DNA from: an uncultured virus (IMG/VR IMGVR_UViG_3300030104_004432)
Taxonomy: Duplodnaviria; Heunggongvirae; Uroviricota; Caudoviricetes
Virus record (IMG/VR): IMGVR_UViG_3300030104_004432
Reading direction: 5' to 3' (one strand)
DNA: 20,000 nucleotides
Positions 1-7,770 of the stretch are shown one piece after another (positions within the stretch are counted from its first letter, which is position 1; every line of letters starts with the position of its first letter). The translations under genes were made by a program, and so were the position numbers. The notes beneath the pieces are model-generated. The model saw nothing but the letters and a program-made list of their open reading frames with translations, was not told where the DNA came from and ran no database searches.

Positions 1-1
1 C

Positions 2-1831
2 CTTGCTGATAGGGCTAATTTATATTTCAAGATTGGTTCGTTCGTTAATATATCTTTTTCAGATGCTGAGAAGGAGATTATCTCTTTAATTGAAAAGTGT
101 GAAACCTTTGAAGAAGTATTAGATGCTTCTAAAGTTCTCTATGATTATTGTAAGCAGAAACAAGAAGAAGATGCTGAAGAGGAAGTGGAAGCAAATATTG
201 AAATGCAATCTACTCAAGGTGGTGGAACATCATTAGGTGATTCTGAGAAGACTGAGGAAAAGGAAGAAGTTGACCTTGACCATCAACCAGAATCATCTGA
301 GCAGGGATTTGATAGTGAGCAAGAATCTGATAGTTCTAATACTGGTTTTCCTAAAAAACCTACAGCAGCAGGAACTAGGGGAAGTGAGAATTTTGAACCA
401 GAAGTAAAAACTGCTGATGCATTAGCAAATGCTATAAAAGATTTGGTGGGTCAGGGTGGTAGAGATAATGTATATGTTGAAATTCCTAAGTTGAAATTAA
501 AAGATATTATTATTCCTAATAAAGATATTCATGATGAATGTCAGAAATGTTGGGATGAATATCTATTAAGTGATTCTGGTAAAGTATATGAAAATGATGA
601 TGAAATAAATCATGAAGAAATGAATGCAAAATATTATAGGTACATACCAGTTAATGGTCTTAAAGGTGTTGATAAAGAATTTGAAAAATTTAAGAAGTCT
701 GCACAAAAAGAAGTTAATTATCTTGTAAAAGAGTTTGAGTGTAAGAAATCTGCCAGTGCATATGCTCGTGCAACTGTTGCAAAGACAGGTGTTTTGGATA
801 CATCAAAACTTCATACTTACAAGTATAATGAAGACCTTTTCAAAAAAGTAACTGTAATTCCTGAAGGTAAAAATCATGGGTTAATTTTTATTCTTGATTG
901 GTCAGGGTCAATGTCTGATGTAATGGTAGATACTCTAAAGCAACTTTATAATTTACTTTGGTTCTGTAAGAAAGTTAATATACCTTTTGATGTTTATGCC
1001 TTTACTAATAATCATCCTGGATATGATAATAGTGAACTGAAAGATTGTGCATATGAACCAAAAGAAGGTTTATTGGATGTGTGTAGATGGTTCTCTTTAT
1101 TGAATATGTTTACAAGTAGTGTAAATGGAAAAACATTAGATCAGCAAATGAAAAATATTTTTCGTGTTGCTTATGGTTTCCGTAATAGTGTTAGATATCA
1201 TTGCCCACAATCACTTTCTTTATCTGGAACTCCTTTGAATGAATCATTAATTGCTCTTCATCAAATCATTCCACAATTTAAAGATAAGAATAAAGTTGAA
1301 AAAGTTCAGTGTGTTATTTTGACTGATGGTGAAGCATATCCATTAAGATATCATCGTGAAGTTCAAAGAGACTGGGAAAATTCTCCTTATCTGGGAACTA
1401 ATGAAACTGGAGATCATACATTTTTACGTGATCGTAAGACTGGTAAAACATATAAAATGTCGTGGAATTATCATGAGTCTACAGATGTATACCTTAAAAA
1501 CTTAAGGGACAATTTTCCAAATAGTAATTTTATTGGTATTAGAATTATGTCTTCAAGAGATGCAGGATCATTTATCAGAAGGTATTGTCAATATGGTTCA
1601 GAATATGATACAATACACAAAAGGTGGAGAAAGGAGAAGTGCTTCTCTATTAAAACTTCAGGGTATGATACTTACTTTGGATTATCATCAAATGATTTAT
1701 CAAATGATGATGAGTTTGAAGTAAAGGATGACGCATCCAAAACAGAGATTAAACGTGCTTTCATTAAATCTCTTAAAACCAAGAAATTAAATAAAAAGAT
1801 TCTTGGTGAATTTGTTGACTTGGTGGCTTAA
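2..1831 (+). CDS. VWA-domain (CobT-like) protein, 5'-truncated; often annotated as a putative peptidase in T4-like cyanophages
   Basis: The frame is open from base 2 (LADRANLYFKIG...), so the GTG at 185 is not the true start. It has an acidic linker, a MIDAS motif ILDWSGSM, a later GTPL and ILTDGE, and lies upstream of a MoxR/CobS ATPase. Confidence 0.85.
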   Translation, partial: LADRANLYFKIGSFVNISFSDAEKEIISLIEKCETFEEVLDASKVLYDYCKQKQEEDAEEEVEANIEMQSTQGGGTSLGDSEKTEEKEEVDLDHQPESSEQGFDSEQESDSSNTGFPKKPTAAGTRGSENFEPEVKTADALANAIKDLVGQGGRDNVYVEIPKLKLKDIIIPNKDIHDECQKCWDEYLLSDSGKVYENDDEINHEEMNAKYYRYIPVNGLKGVDKEFEKFKKSAQKEVNYLVKEFECKKSASAYARATVAKTGVLDTSKLHTYKYNEDLFKKVTVIPEGKNHGLIFILDWSGSMSDVMVDTLKQLYNLLWFCKKVNIPFDVYAFTNNHPGYDNSELKDCAYEPKEGLLDVCRWFSLLNMFTSSVNGKTLDQQMKNIFRVAYGFRNSVRYHCPQSLSLSGTPLNESLIALHQIIPQFKDKNKVEKVQCVILTDGEAYPLRYHREVQRDWENSPYLGTNETGDHTFLRDRKTGKTYKMSWNYHESTDVYLKNLRDNFPNSNFIGIRIMSSRDAGSFIRRYCQYGSEYDTIHKRWRKEKCFSIKTSGYDTYFGLSSNDLSNDDEFEVKDDASKTEIKRAFIKSLKTKKLNKKILGEFVDLVA

Positions 1832-1833
1832 TT

Positions 1834-2235
1834 ATGGCAATTTACGACGACATTAAAATCACTATCAACCTCAATGAGTTGGTAGAGGTAAGAGCAAAAC
1901 TCTTGACTCAATATGGAGATTACTCAGATAAAGTAGTTAAAGGTGAGTATCTAGATGGATCTGATATTGATCGTATCGCAACTGGATTAAGAGATACTTT
2001 AACTTGGGACACACTTTATCATATGATAGATGGTGCTGTATTAGATTATATGGGTTTAAGATCTGCTATTACAGAACATAGAACTCATTATGGTGAGACA
2101 ACTATTGAAACCATTGAACTAACAATGGAGAAGGAGAAGAAGGCAAGAGAGAAGGAGTTTAAGAAAAACTTTGACGTAGTTAAGTTAGAATCATCCTCAT
2201 GGACTATTGATGTACCAGTGAGGAAAAGGTCTTAA
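1834..2235 (+). CDS. hypothetical protein (133 aa)
   Basis: ORF starts 2 nt after the upstream stop (TAA-TT-ATG), with phage-like codon usage. Confidence 0.8.
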   Translation: MAIYDDIKITINLNELVEVRAKLLTQYGDYSDKVVKGEYLDGSDIDRIATGLRDTLTWDTLYHMIDGAVLDYMGLRSAITEHRTHYGETTIETIELTMEKEKKAREKEFKKNFDVVKLESSSWTIDVPVRKRS

Positions 2236-2245
2236 GCAAACCTTA
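2231..2245 (+). promoter_or_regulatory. putative pho box (CTTA-N7-CTTA direct repeat)
   Basis: CTTAagcaaacCTTA has 11-bp periodicity and matches the motif described for cyanobacterial PhoB/SphR sites; it lies 36 nt upstream of the ATG at 2282. Confidence 0.5.
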
Positions 2246-2281
2246 AATGATTAAATAATTTGGAATCAACACAAAAGACTT

Positions 2282-2416
2282 ATGAGCGGTGACTGCAAAA
2301 ATCAACCAGTGATTTTCTATTCGGAAGAAATGACGGAATCAAAAATTTCACTTCTACTTCAACATGGAGTTAAGTTTAAGAATCGTGAGTATTCTATTGA
2401 GGAAGAAGAAGAATAA
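2282..2416 (+). CDS. small hypothetical protein (44 aa, MSGDCKNQPVIFYSEEMTESKISLLLQHGVKFKNREYSIEEEEE)
   Basis: Manually translated ORF that fills the intergenic gap; not in the ORF track. Confidence 0.7.
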   Translation: MSGDCKNQPVIFYSEEMTESKISLLLQHGVKFKNREYSIEEEEE

Positions 2417-2419
2417 ATA
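2413..2419 (+). promoter_or_regulatory. T4-like late promoter (ATAAATA)
   Basis: ATAAATA ends 20 nt upstream of the ATG at 2440; the gp55 consensus is TATAAATA. Confidence 0.55.
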
Positions 2420-2439
2420 ATAAAAAAGTGTCACTGATA

Positions 2440-2949
2440 ATGAAAACTTTTAAGGAATTTTTAGAAGAAAGTAGTCTGAGTAGGATAAAATCTAAATCAG
2501 ATAAAGGGGGTATAGCAGTCATCTCTGGAAGTCGTGGTGACAAATCAAAGAAAGAAAATAAGGCAAGAGCAAAGCAGTTAGATAAAGATATCAAGGGTAA
2601 GGGTCTTCCTGGTGCAACTAAAGTATCTGGAAGATGGGATGAGAAGGACGACAAGACTGGTAAAACCACAAAGGTTAAAGAGAGAAGTCATGTTGTCAGT
2701 TCTGGTAAGAAGGGTAAGAGGGCATTCAAGAAAGCAGTCAAGGCACTAGGTAAGAAGTATGGTCAGGATGCGGTCTTGACACAAACTAAAAAAACTGGTA
2801 CAGTATCAGCAACTAGAAAAGGTGGACTCGGCAAAGATAGTCAAGGTAGAAACGTTAAAAGAATAAAAGCAGGTAAATTTAAACCAGGTCAAACTTCACC
2901 AGAAGGTGATACTAAAATTAAAGGAAAAACCTTTGCTTACAAAAAATGA
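2440..2949 (+). CDS. Lys/Gly-rich basic protein with capsid-targeting-like N-terminus (possible head internal protein)
   Basis: The ATG at 2440 gives MKTFKEFLEE. The protein is very rich in K/R, contains LGKKYGQDAVL, and follows a late promoter motif. Confidence 0.75.
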   Translation: MKTFKEFLEESSLSRIKSKSDKGGIAVISGSRGDKSKKENKARAKQLDKDIKGKGLPGATKVSGRWDEKDDKTGKTTKVKERSHVVSSGKKGKRAFKKAVKALGKKYGQDAVLTQTKKTGTVSATRKGGLGKDSQGRNVKRIKAGKFKPGQTSPEGDTKIKGKTFAYKK

Positions 2950-3188
2950 CAAACAAACTTTATGATGATTCCCATTGGAGGGAAGAGTACAAATCTTACA
3001 CCAGTAATGAAAGGCATCTTGAACTGCTAGAGAAAGGACCAGACAGTCTTTCATCTAGCTGGATCTTGCAAGCACTATATGGCAAATGGAAAAAGATGAA
3101 GGGATATGATAAGTTAGATCCTAAAGAAAATGAAGGTCAATTACAATCGTCTTTAGGTGAGTTTTTTAAAAAGACAAGAGACAATTAA
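2946..3188 (+). CDS. hypothetical protein (80 aa)
   Basis: Overlaps the previous gene by 4 nt and is followed by a terminator. Confidence 0.8.
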   Translation: MTNKLYDDSHWREEYKSYTSNERHLELLEKGPDSLSSSWILQALYGKWKKMKGYDKLDPKENEGQLQSSLGEFFKKTRDN

Positions 3189-3200
3189 ATAAGTGTCCAC

Positions 3201-3225
3201 GAGGGTCTATATGACCCTCTTTTTT
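3201..3225 (+). terminator. Rho-independent terminator
   Basis: GAGGGTC-TATAT-GACCCTC hairpin followed by T6. Confidence 0.85.
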
Positions 3226-3229
3226 GTAT

Positions 3230-3250
3230 TATAATATGTTCAGTTAAATA
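3230..3250 (+). promoter_or_regulatory. putative promoter(s) for the cobS-like gene: -10 TATAAT and late-type TAAATA
   Basis: TATAAT at 3230-3235 directly follows the terminator (no clear -35); TAAATA is at 3245-3250. Confidence 0.5.
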
Positions 3251-3257
3251 AAACACA

Positions 3258-4355
3258 ATGCCTTTTGAAATTAAGATGACTGAAGACCAAGTAGTAGATG
3301 GATTGAGAAGTGCTTATGGTACAGAATTTACTGCTGCTGACATCAAGGGATTTTGTTCTATGAATGACATCACTTACCAAACAGTAACTAAGAAATTGAA
3401 AAAGTATAAGGTTGCTAAGGGTAGGTGGAATTTAGAAGTTACAACTAAAGCAGTTGAGAATATTGAAAAATCATTTAGTGCACCTGCTGTAGTTCCTTCA
3501 GAAATTCAAAATCTAGTTCCTGAAAAGGATGATACTTTTGTTCCATTTGGTAGTTTTAAAGATGTTAAAAAAATCATACAAAGTAGTGTTTTTTATCCTG
3601 CTTTTATCACTGGACTCTCTGGAAATGGTAAAACATTTTCTGTAGAGCAAGCATGTGCTCAACTTGGTAGAGAACTTATTCGTGTAAACATTACTATTGA
3701 AACTGATGAAGACGATCTTATTGGTGGGTTCCGTCTTGTGGATGGGGCAACTGTTTGGCATAACGGACCTGTCGTTGAAGCACTTGAACGAGGAGCAGTC
3801 TTGTTACTCGATGAGATTGACTTGGCTAGTAACAAAATCTTATGCCTCCAATCCATACTTGAAGGTAAAGGGGTGTTCCTCAAAAAAATCGGTAGAGTGG
3901 TCAGACCTGCGGTAGGATTTAATGTTATTGCCACTGCAAATACTAAGGGTAAGGGTTCTGATGATGGTAGGTTCATAGGAACTAATGTTCTTAATGAAGC
4001 ATTCCTGGAAAGATTCCCTGTAACTTTTGAGCAAGATTATCCATCACCAACTACTGAGAATAGAATTTTGGGTGCAGTTGCTGCTCATTTGGGTGTTACT
4101 GATACTGATTTCTGTAAGAGATTAGTTGATTGGGGTGACATAATCCGCAAAACATTCTATGATGGTGGTGTGGATGAGATTATTAGTACTCGTCGTTTAG
4201 TTCACATTCTTCGTGCATATAGCATCTTTAATAATAAAGCAAAGGCAATCCAAGTATGTGTTAACAGATTTGATGATGATACTAAGCAATCATTCCTTGA
4301 ATTGTATGATAAAGTGGATGCTGATTTTCAACTTGACGATAAGGAGGTAAACTGA
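3258..4355 (+). CDS. cobS: CobS-like / MoxR-family AAA+ ATPase
   Basis: Walker A GLSGNGKT, Walker B LLLDE, ATANTKG, NEAFLERF and STRRL motifs; usual position in T4-like cyanophages. Confidence 0.9.
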   Translation: MPFEIKMTEDQVVDGLRSAYGTEFTAADIKGFCSMNDITYQTVTKKLKKYKVAKGRWNLEVTTKAVENIEKSFSAPAVVPSEIQNLVPEKDDTFVPFGSFKDVKKIIQSSVFYPAFITGLSGNGKTFSVEQACAQLGRELIRVNITIETDEDDLIGGFRLVDGATVWHNGPVVEALERGAVLLLDEIDLASNKILCLQSILEGKGVFLKKIGRVVRPAVGFNVIATANTKGKGSDDGRFIGTNVLNEAFLERFPVTFEQDYPSPTTENRILGAVAAHLGVTDTDFCKRLVDWGDIIRKTFYDGGVDEIISTRRLVHILRAYSIFNNKAKAIQVCVNRFDDDTKQSFLELYDKVDADFQLDDKEVN

Positions 4356-4361
4356 TATAAT
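4333..4361 (+). promoter_or_regulatory. sigma70-type promoter (TTGACG-17-TATAAT, extended -10)
   Basis: TTGACG 4333-4338, 17-nt spacer, TG-a-TATAAT with TATAAT at 4356-4361. Confidence 0.8.
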
Positions 4362-5019
4362 GGTTAATGCTTGGAGTTTACTTTATGATGAACTTTATGG
4401 AGATGATAAAATGACTGATGAAAACAGAGTGACACCACAAGAAAGTGATGAGTATGATCCAATAAAAACAAGTACTGATTTGGTTGATGGTATTACTATT
4501 AGTGGATTAGAAGATGGGATTAGTATTAGTACTAATCCTGATGATTATGAGCATTCACAATATTGGTATGATTATAACCGTAATGATCCTAGTATGCCAA
4601 ATCCTTTTGCTACTGATCCTCTTGCAGATAATGATGACCAAATTGCACATCATATTCAGATAAATACATCGGCTAATCTAAAGGAGAATATGTCAGACAG
4701 CAGGAACAAGTATCATGAAAAAGAGATACTTAAAGATGTAGAAGAGTATGTATCACGTACTTATAATGGACATTATACTGGAACCAAACATGAGTACCGT
4801 AATGTTCAGACTTTAGACTTGATGGCAGCAAGAGATCTTGCTTCTGATTTTTGTCAAGCAAATATACTTAAATATGGTAGTCGATACGGAAGTAAGGATG
4901 GAAAAAATAAAAAAGACTTGATGAAAGTGATACATTATGCTATGCTGTTATTACATTTTGATGAACATTACGGTAAACCATCAATGACTAGTGGGAATAT
5001 TGACCACAACATGCCTTAA
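4360..5019 (+). CDS. hypothetical protein with acidic N-terminal region and C-terminal DUF3310/SaV-like domain
   Basis: C-terminal pattern HY...FCQANILKYGSRYGSKDG...DLMKVIHYAMLL; alternative in-frame starts at 4411 and 4690. Confidence 0.75.
   Translation: MVNAWSLLYDELYGDDKMTDENRVTPQESDEYDPIKTSTDLVDGITISGLEDGISISTNPDDYEHSQYWYDYNRNDPSMPNPFATDPLADNDDQIAHHIQINTSANLKENMSDSRNKYHEKEILKDVEEYVSRTYNGHYTGTKHEYRNVQTLDLMAARDLASDFCQANILKYGSRYGSKDGKNKKDLMKVIHYAMLLLHFDEHYGKPSMTSGNIDHNMP
4660..4666 (+). promoter_or_regulatory. possible internal late promoter
   Basis: ATAAATA upstream of AAGGAG (4681-4686) and the in-frame ATG at 4690. Confidence 0.35.
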
Positions 5020-5021
5020 TT

Positions 5022-5708
5022 ATGAAACTTAGAGACCAAACTATGAATTTATCTGAAAAAACTCTAACAATCCTTAAAAACTTTGCTGGTATTAACAATT
5101 CCATTCTTGTAAAGAAAGGGAACAATCTTCGTACCATTTCTGTTGCTAAGAATATTCTTGCAGAAGCAGAAATCGTTGAAGATTTTTCAAGAGATTTTGC
5201 AATCTATGATTTGAATCAGTTCTTGAATGGACTTGGATTACATCAGGATCCTGATCTTGATTTTACTGAGAATTCTTATTTGACTATTCGTGAAGGTAAG
5301 AGGAGAGTAAAGTATTTCTTTGCAGATCCTAATGTTATTATTTCTCCACCAGATAAGGAGATTAGTCTTCCTACAGAAGATGTTCATTTCCAACTTGATA
5401 GTGTTACCTTAGAGAAACTACTTAAGGCAGCAGCAGTATATCAACTACCTGATTTCTCAGCAGTTGGTGGTGCAGGTGTTGTTAAACTTGTTGTACGTGA
5501 CAAGAAGAATGATACTTCTAATGAGTTTGCCATTGTAGTTGGTGAGACCGATAAAGAGTTTATCTTTAACTTTAAGGTTGAGAATATTAAGATTATTCCT
5601 GGTGCATATGATGTAGTAGTTTCTTCTAAACTATTATCACAGTTTACAAATTCAACTTATAATTTGAAATACTTTATTGCACTTGAACCAGATTCCACTT
5701 TTGAATAA
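5022..5708 (+). CDS. gp45: DNA polymerase sliding clamp (T4 gp45)
   Basis: MNLSEKTLTILKNFAGINNSI N-terminus, FAIYDLNQFL and C-terminal YFIALE; synteny with gp44/gp62. Confidence 0.95.
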   Translation: MKLRDQTMNLSEKTLTILKNFAGINNSILVKKGNNLRTISVAKNILAEAEIVEDFSRDFAIYDLNQFLNGLGLHQDPDLDFTENSYLTIREGKRRVKYFFADPNVIISPPDKEISLPTEDVHFQLDSVTLEKLLKAAAVYQLPDFSAVGGAGVVKLVVRDKKNDTSNEFAIVVGETDKEFIFNFKVENIKIIPGAYDVVVSSKLLSQFTNSTYNLKYFIALEPDSTFE

Positions 5709-6166
5709 TGTTTTGTGATAGACTAAGTTTAGTTACTGGTGGATTTGACCCAATACATAGTGGTCATCTCCAGTACTTCAAAAGAGCAAAGGATTTATCG
5801 AATTATCTTGTAGTGGGATTAAATGGTGATCCTTGGTTGACACGTAAGAAAGGACAATACTTTCAGTGTTGGACTGAACGTGCAGATATTGTACGTCATC
5901 TTGATATGGTAGATGCTGTTATATCATGGGATGATGCTGATGATTCTGCGTGTGGTGCTATAGCAAAATGTTTAGAGATATCTAACGAAGTTATATTTTG
6001 CAATGGAGGTGATAGAGGAAAAACTAATACACCAGAATATGAAAGATATAAAGACAATTCAAGGGTATCATTTGAATTTGGCACTGGAGGAACAGATAAA
6101 ATGAATAGTAGTTCATGGATACTCCATGGATATTTTGAACGTCAACGTAAATTATTAGGGATATGA
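5708..6166 (+). CDS. cytidylyltransferase-like nucleotidyltransferase (HIGH superfamily)
   Basis: TGGFDPIHSGH (HxGH), LVVGLNGD, ER, VD and NGGDR motifs, plus an SSS tail. Confidence 0.9.
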   Translation: MFCDRLSLVTGGFDPIHSGHLQYFKRAKDLSNYLVVGLNGDPWLTRKKGQYFQCWTERADIVRHLDMVDAVISWDDADDSACGAIAKCLEISNEVIFCNGGDRGKTNTPEYERYKDNSRVSFEFGTGGTDKMNSSSWILHGYFERQRKLLGI

Positions 6167-6342
6167 AACTAACACAAGAAGTAATTGAGAAAATTCAATT
6201 AGCAATGACTCACACTAAAATGAATGGTGAAACCAATTGGAAAGATGGTGATGAGATAGATGTGTGTCTTGGTGGTACATTTGCTGGTGATAAGTTTATC
6301 TCTATCATCAATAGAACACGTAGCAATACAACTAAAAAATAA
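6163..6342 (+). CDS. small hypothetical protein (59 aa, MKLTQEVIEKIQLAMTHTK...)
   Basis: Manually translated; ATGA overlap with the upstream stop; fills the gap. Confidence 0.75.
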   Translation: MKLTQEVIEKIQLAMTHTKMNGETNWKDGDEIDVCLGGTFAGDKFISIINRTRSNTTKK

Positions 6343-6345
6343 ATT

Positions 6346-6420
6346 ATGTGGTATATTATAGGTTGGACGATAGTTACATTATGGTTACTATCTAAATTTG
6401 GTGTATTTAAAAAGAAATGA
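6346..6420 (+). CDS. 24-aa hydrophobic peptide (MWYIIGWTIVTLWLLSKFGVFKKK)
   Basis: Manually translated and tightly packed between neighbours; one TM-like helix with a basic tail. Confidence 0.55.
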   Translation: MWYIIGWTIVTLWLLSKFGVFKKK

Positions 6421-6584
6421 AAAAATTATGGAGAATATGGAAGTATGCGTTGGGTAGTTTTGAAGATACAAGAACTAAACGATACGACAATCACATTGTT
6501 TTGGTACGTACTTTTATTTTCTTTTCTTATCTCATCACTAATTGTTTTATTATTAGCGGAGTAATCCGTCATTGGAATAACTAA
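6417..6584 (+). CDS. small membrane protein (55 aa, MKKLWRIWKYALGSF...IRHWNN)
   Basis: Manually translated; ATGA overlap; hydrophobic C-terminal half; abuts the next ATG. Confidence 0.75.
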   Translation: MKKLWRIWKYALGSFEDTRTKRYDNHIVLVRTFIFFSYLITNCFIISGVIRHWNN

Positions 6585-7238
6585 ATGTCAACATTAATCT
6601 CAAATATGCCAGCTGAAGAAGTTTGGGTAAGGAAAGAATATCTTACTGACTTTGAATCTGGACATGGTGAATTTACACCTGGTGTATGGGTTTCTGCAAA
6701 ATCTATACCAGGTCGTGCTTTTTATTTTGAAACATACTTACCAGAGTATGCAGCAATATTTGATAAGTTACCTATTAGTGCTTTTTTAAGTAAACGTGAA
6801 ATACCTGATCCTGATATGGATATAGCTAATTTGCAATTTTGGAATTGTATGGATTATGGTGTAACAACTATCTGTAAGCAATTTATTGGGTCTATGGATT
6901 ATGAATGTCATACTAGAGATTTTGGAATACAATTGGGAAAATATATTGTCACATTAGATAACTATCATTCTGATATTGATACTCCTGATTTTAGTACATC
7001 AGAAACACCTGCTGAACATAAAAGTCATAATTTAATAGAACTTGACAATGGGCAATTTGCGTTATATCCTAATAATAGATTAAGAATCTATGATAATTCT
7101 TTGACTCCAAAAAATCCTAAGATGCCAGATTTCAAAGTATCTACAAAATACTTTAGTGTAGAAAGAGGGCATATGGAAAGATATGGAGATACTAATGATT
7201 ATCATTATGGACTCAATAAAGAGAAACCTACCTCATGA
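6585..7238 (+). CDS. conserved phage hypothetical protein (217 aa)
   Basis: Long ORF with VWVRKEYL, SIPGRAFYFE, QFWNC, EHKSHN and LYPNNR motifs; function not recognised. Confidence 0.85.
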   Translation: MSTLISNMPAEEVWVRKEYLTDFESGHGEFTPGVWVSAKSIPGRAFYFETYLPEYAAIFDKLPISAFLSKREIPDPDMDIANLQFWNCMDYGVTTICKQFIGSMDYECHTRDFGIQLGKYIVTLDNYHSDIDTPDFSTSETPAEHKSHNLIELDNGQFALYPNNRLRIYDNSLTPKNPKMPDFKVSTKYFSVERGHMERYGDTNDYHYGLNKEKPTS

Positions 7239-7768
7239 ACATTTTTGTCACCCATCCTGATCCACATGTATCGGCAAAAGCATTGCCTGATAAGCATGTG
7301 GTCAAGATGCCATTGGAGACCTGTCAAATGCTCTCTATTGTTTTCTCACACTGGTATTATGACTGGGGTGATGACTTGGTTAAAAAGAAAGATGGAACAC
7401 CCTATTCAGTTGCTAAGGGTGCCTTTCGTAATCATCCTTGTACTCAATGGGCAGCAGCAAGTATGTACAATACTGCATGGTTAATACAACATGGTTGTGC
7501 TTTATCTGGTGAGTATTCTCATCGTTATGGTAAGATCCATGGATGTGCTGATGCTTTGTTTGAGGCAAAGAAAACATTTCATAGATTTGCAAATGAAGTA
7601 ATTACATGCTATTGTATGGTGGAGTCCTTTACTCGTGCGATGCCTGATGAGTATAAACATGACACAAGCATTGACACTTTTACTGCTTACAAAAATTACA
7701 TTAGGAGCAAACCTTGGGTTGCATCTAATTATTTACGTGACGAGTCCCGAAAACCAAATTGGGTTTAA
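7235..7768 (+). CDS. pyrimidine-dimer DNA glycosylase / endonuclease V-like protein
   Basis: MNIFV...DKHVVKMPLETCQMLS, NHPCTQW, EYSHRYGKIH and AMPDEYK are typical of the DenV-like (Pyr_excise) family. Confidence 0.8.
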   Translation: MNIFVTHPDPHVSAKALPDKHVVKMPLETCQMLSIVFSHWYYDWGDDLVKKKDGTPYSVAKGAFRNHPCTQWAAASMYNTAWLIQHGCALSGEYSHRYGKIHGCADALFEAKKTFHRFANEVITCYCMVESFTRAMPDEYKHDTSIDTFTAYKNYIRSKPWVASNYLRDESRKPNWV

Positions 7769-7770
7769 TT

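Noticed and set aside
185..187. GTG start for the VWA protein
   Set aside because: The frame is open back to base 2, so the gene starts before the window.
2394..2669. Minus-strand 91-aa ORF
   Set aside because: Antisense shadow of the basic protein; all supported genes are on the + strand.
3513..4034. Minus-strand and alternative-frame ORFs inside cobS (similarly inside dam, gp44, gp43, uvsX and gp41)
   Set aside because: They are nested in well-supported conserved genes and show no recognisable motifs.
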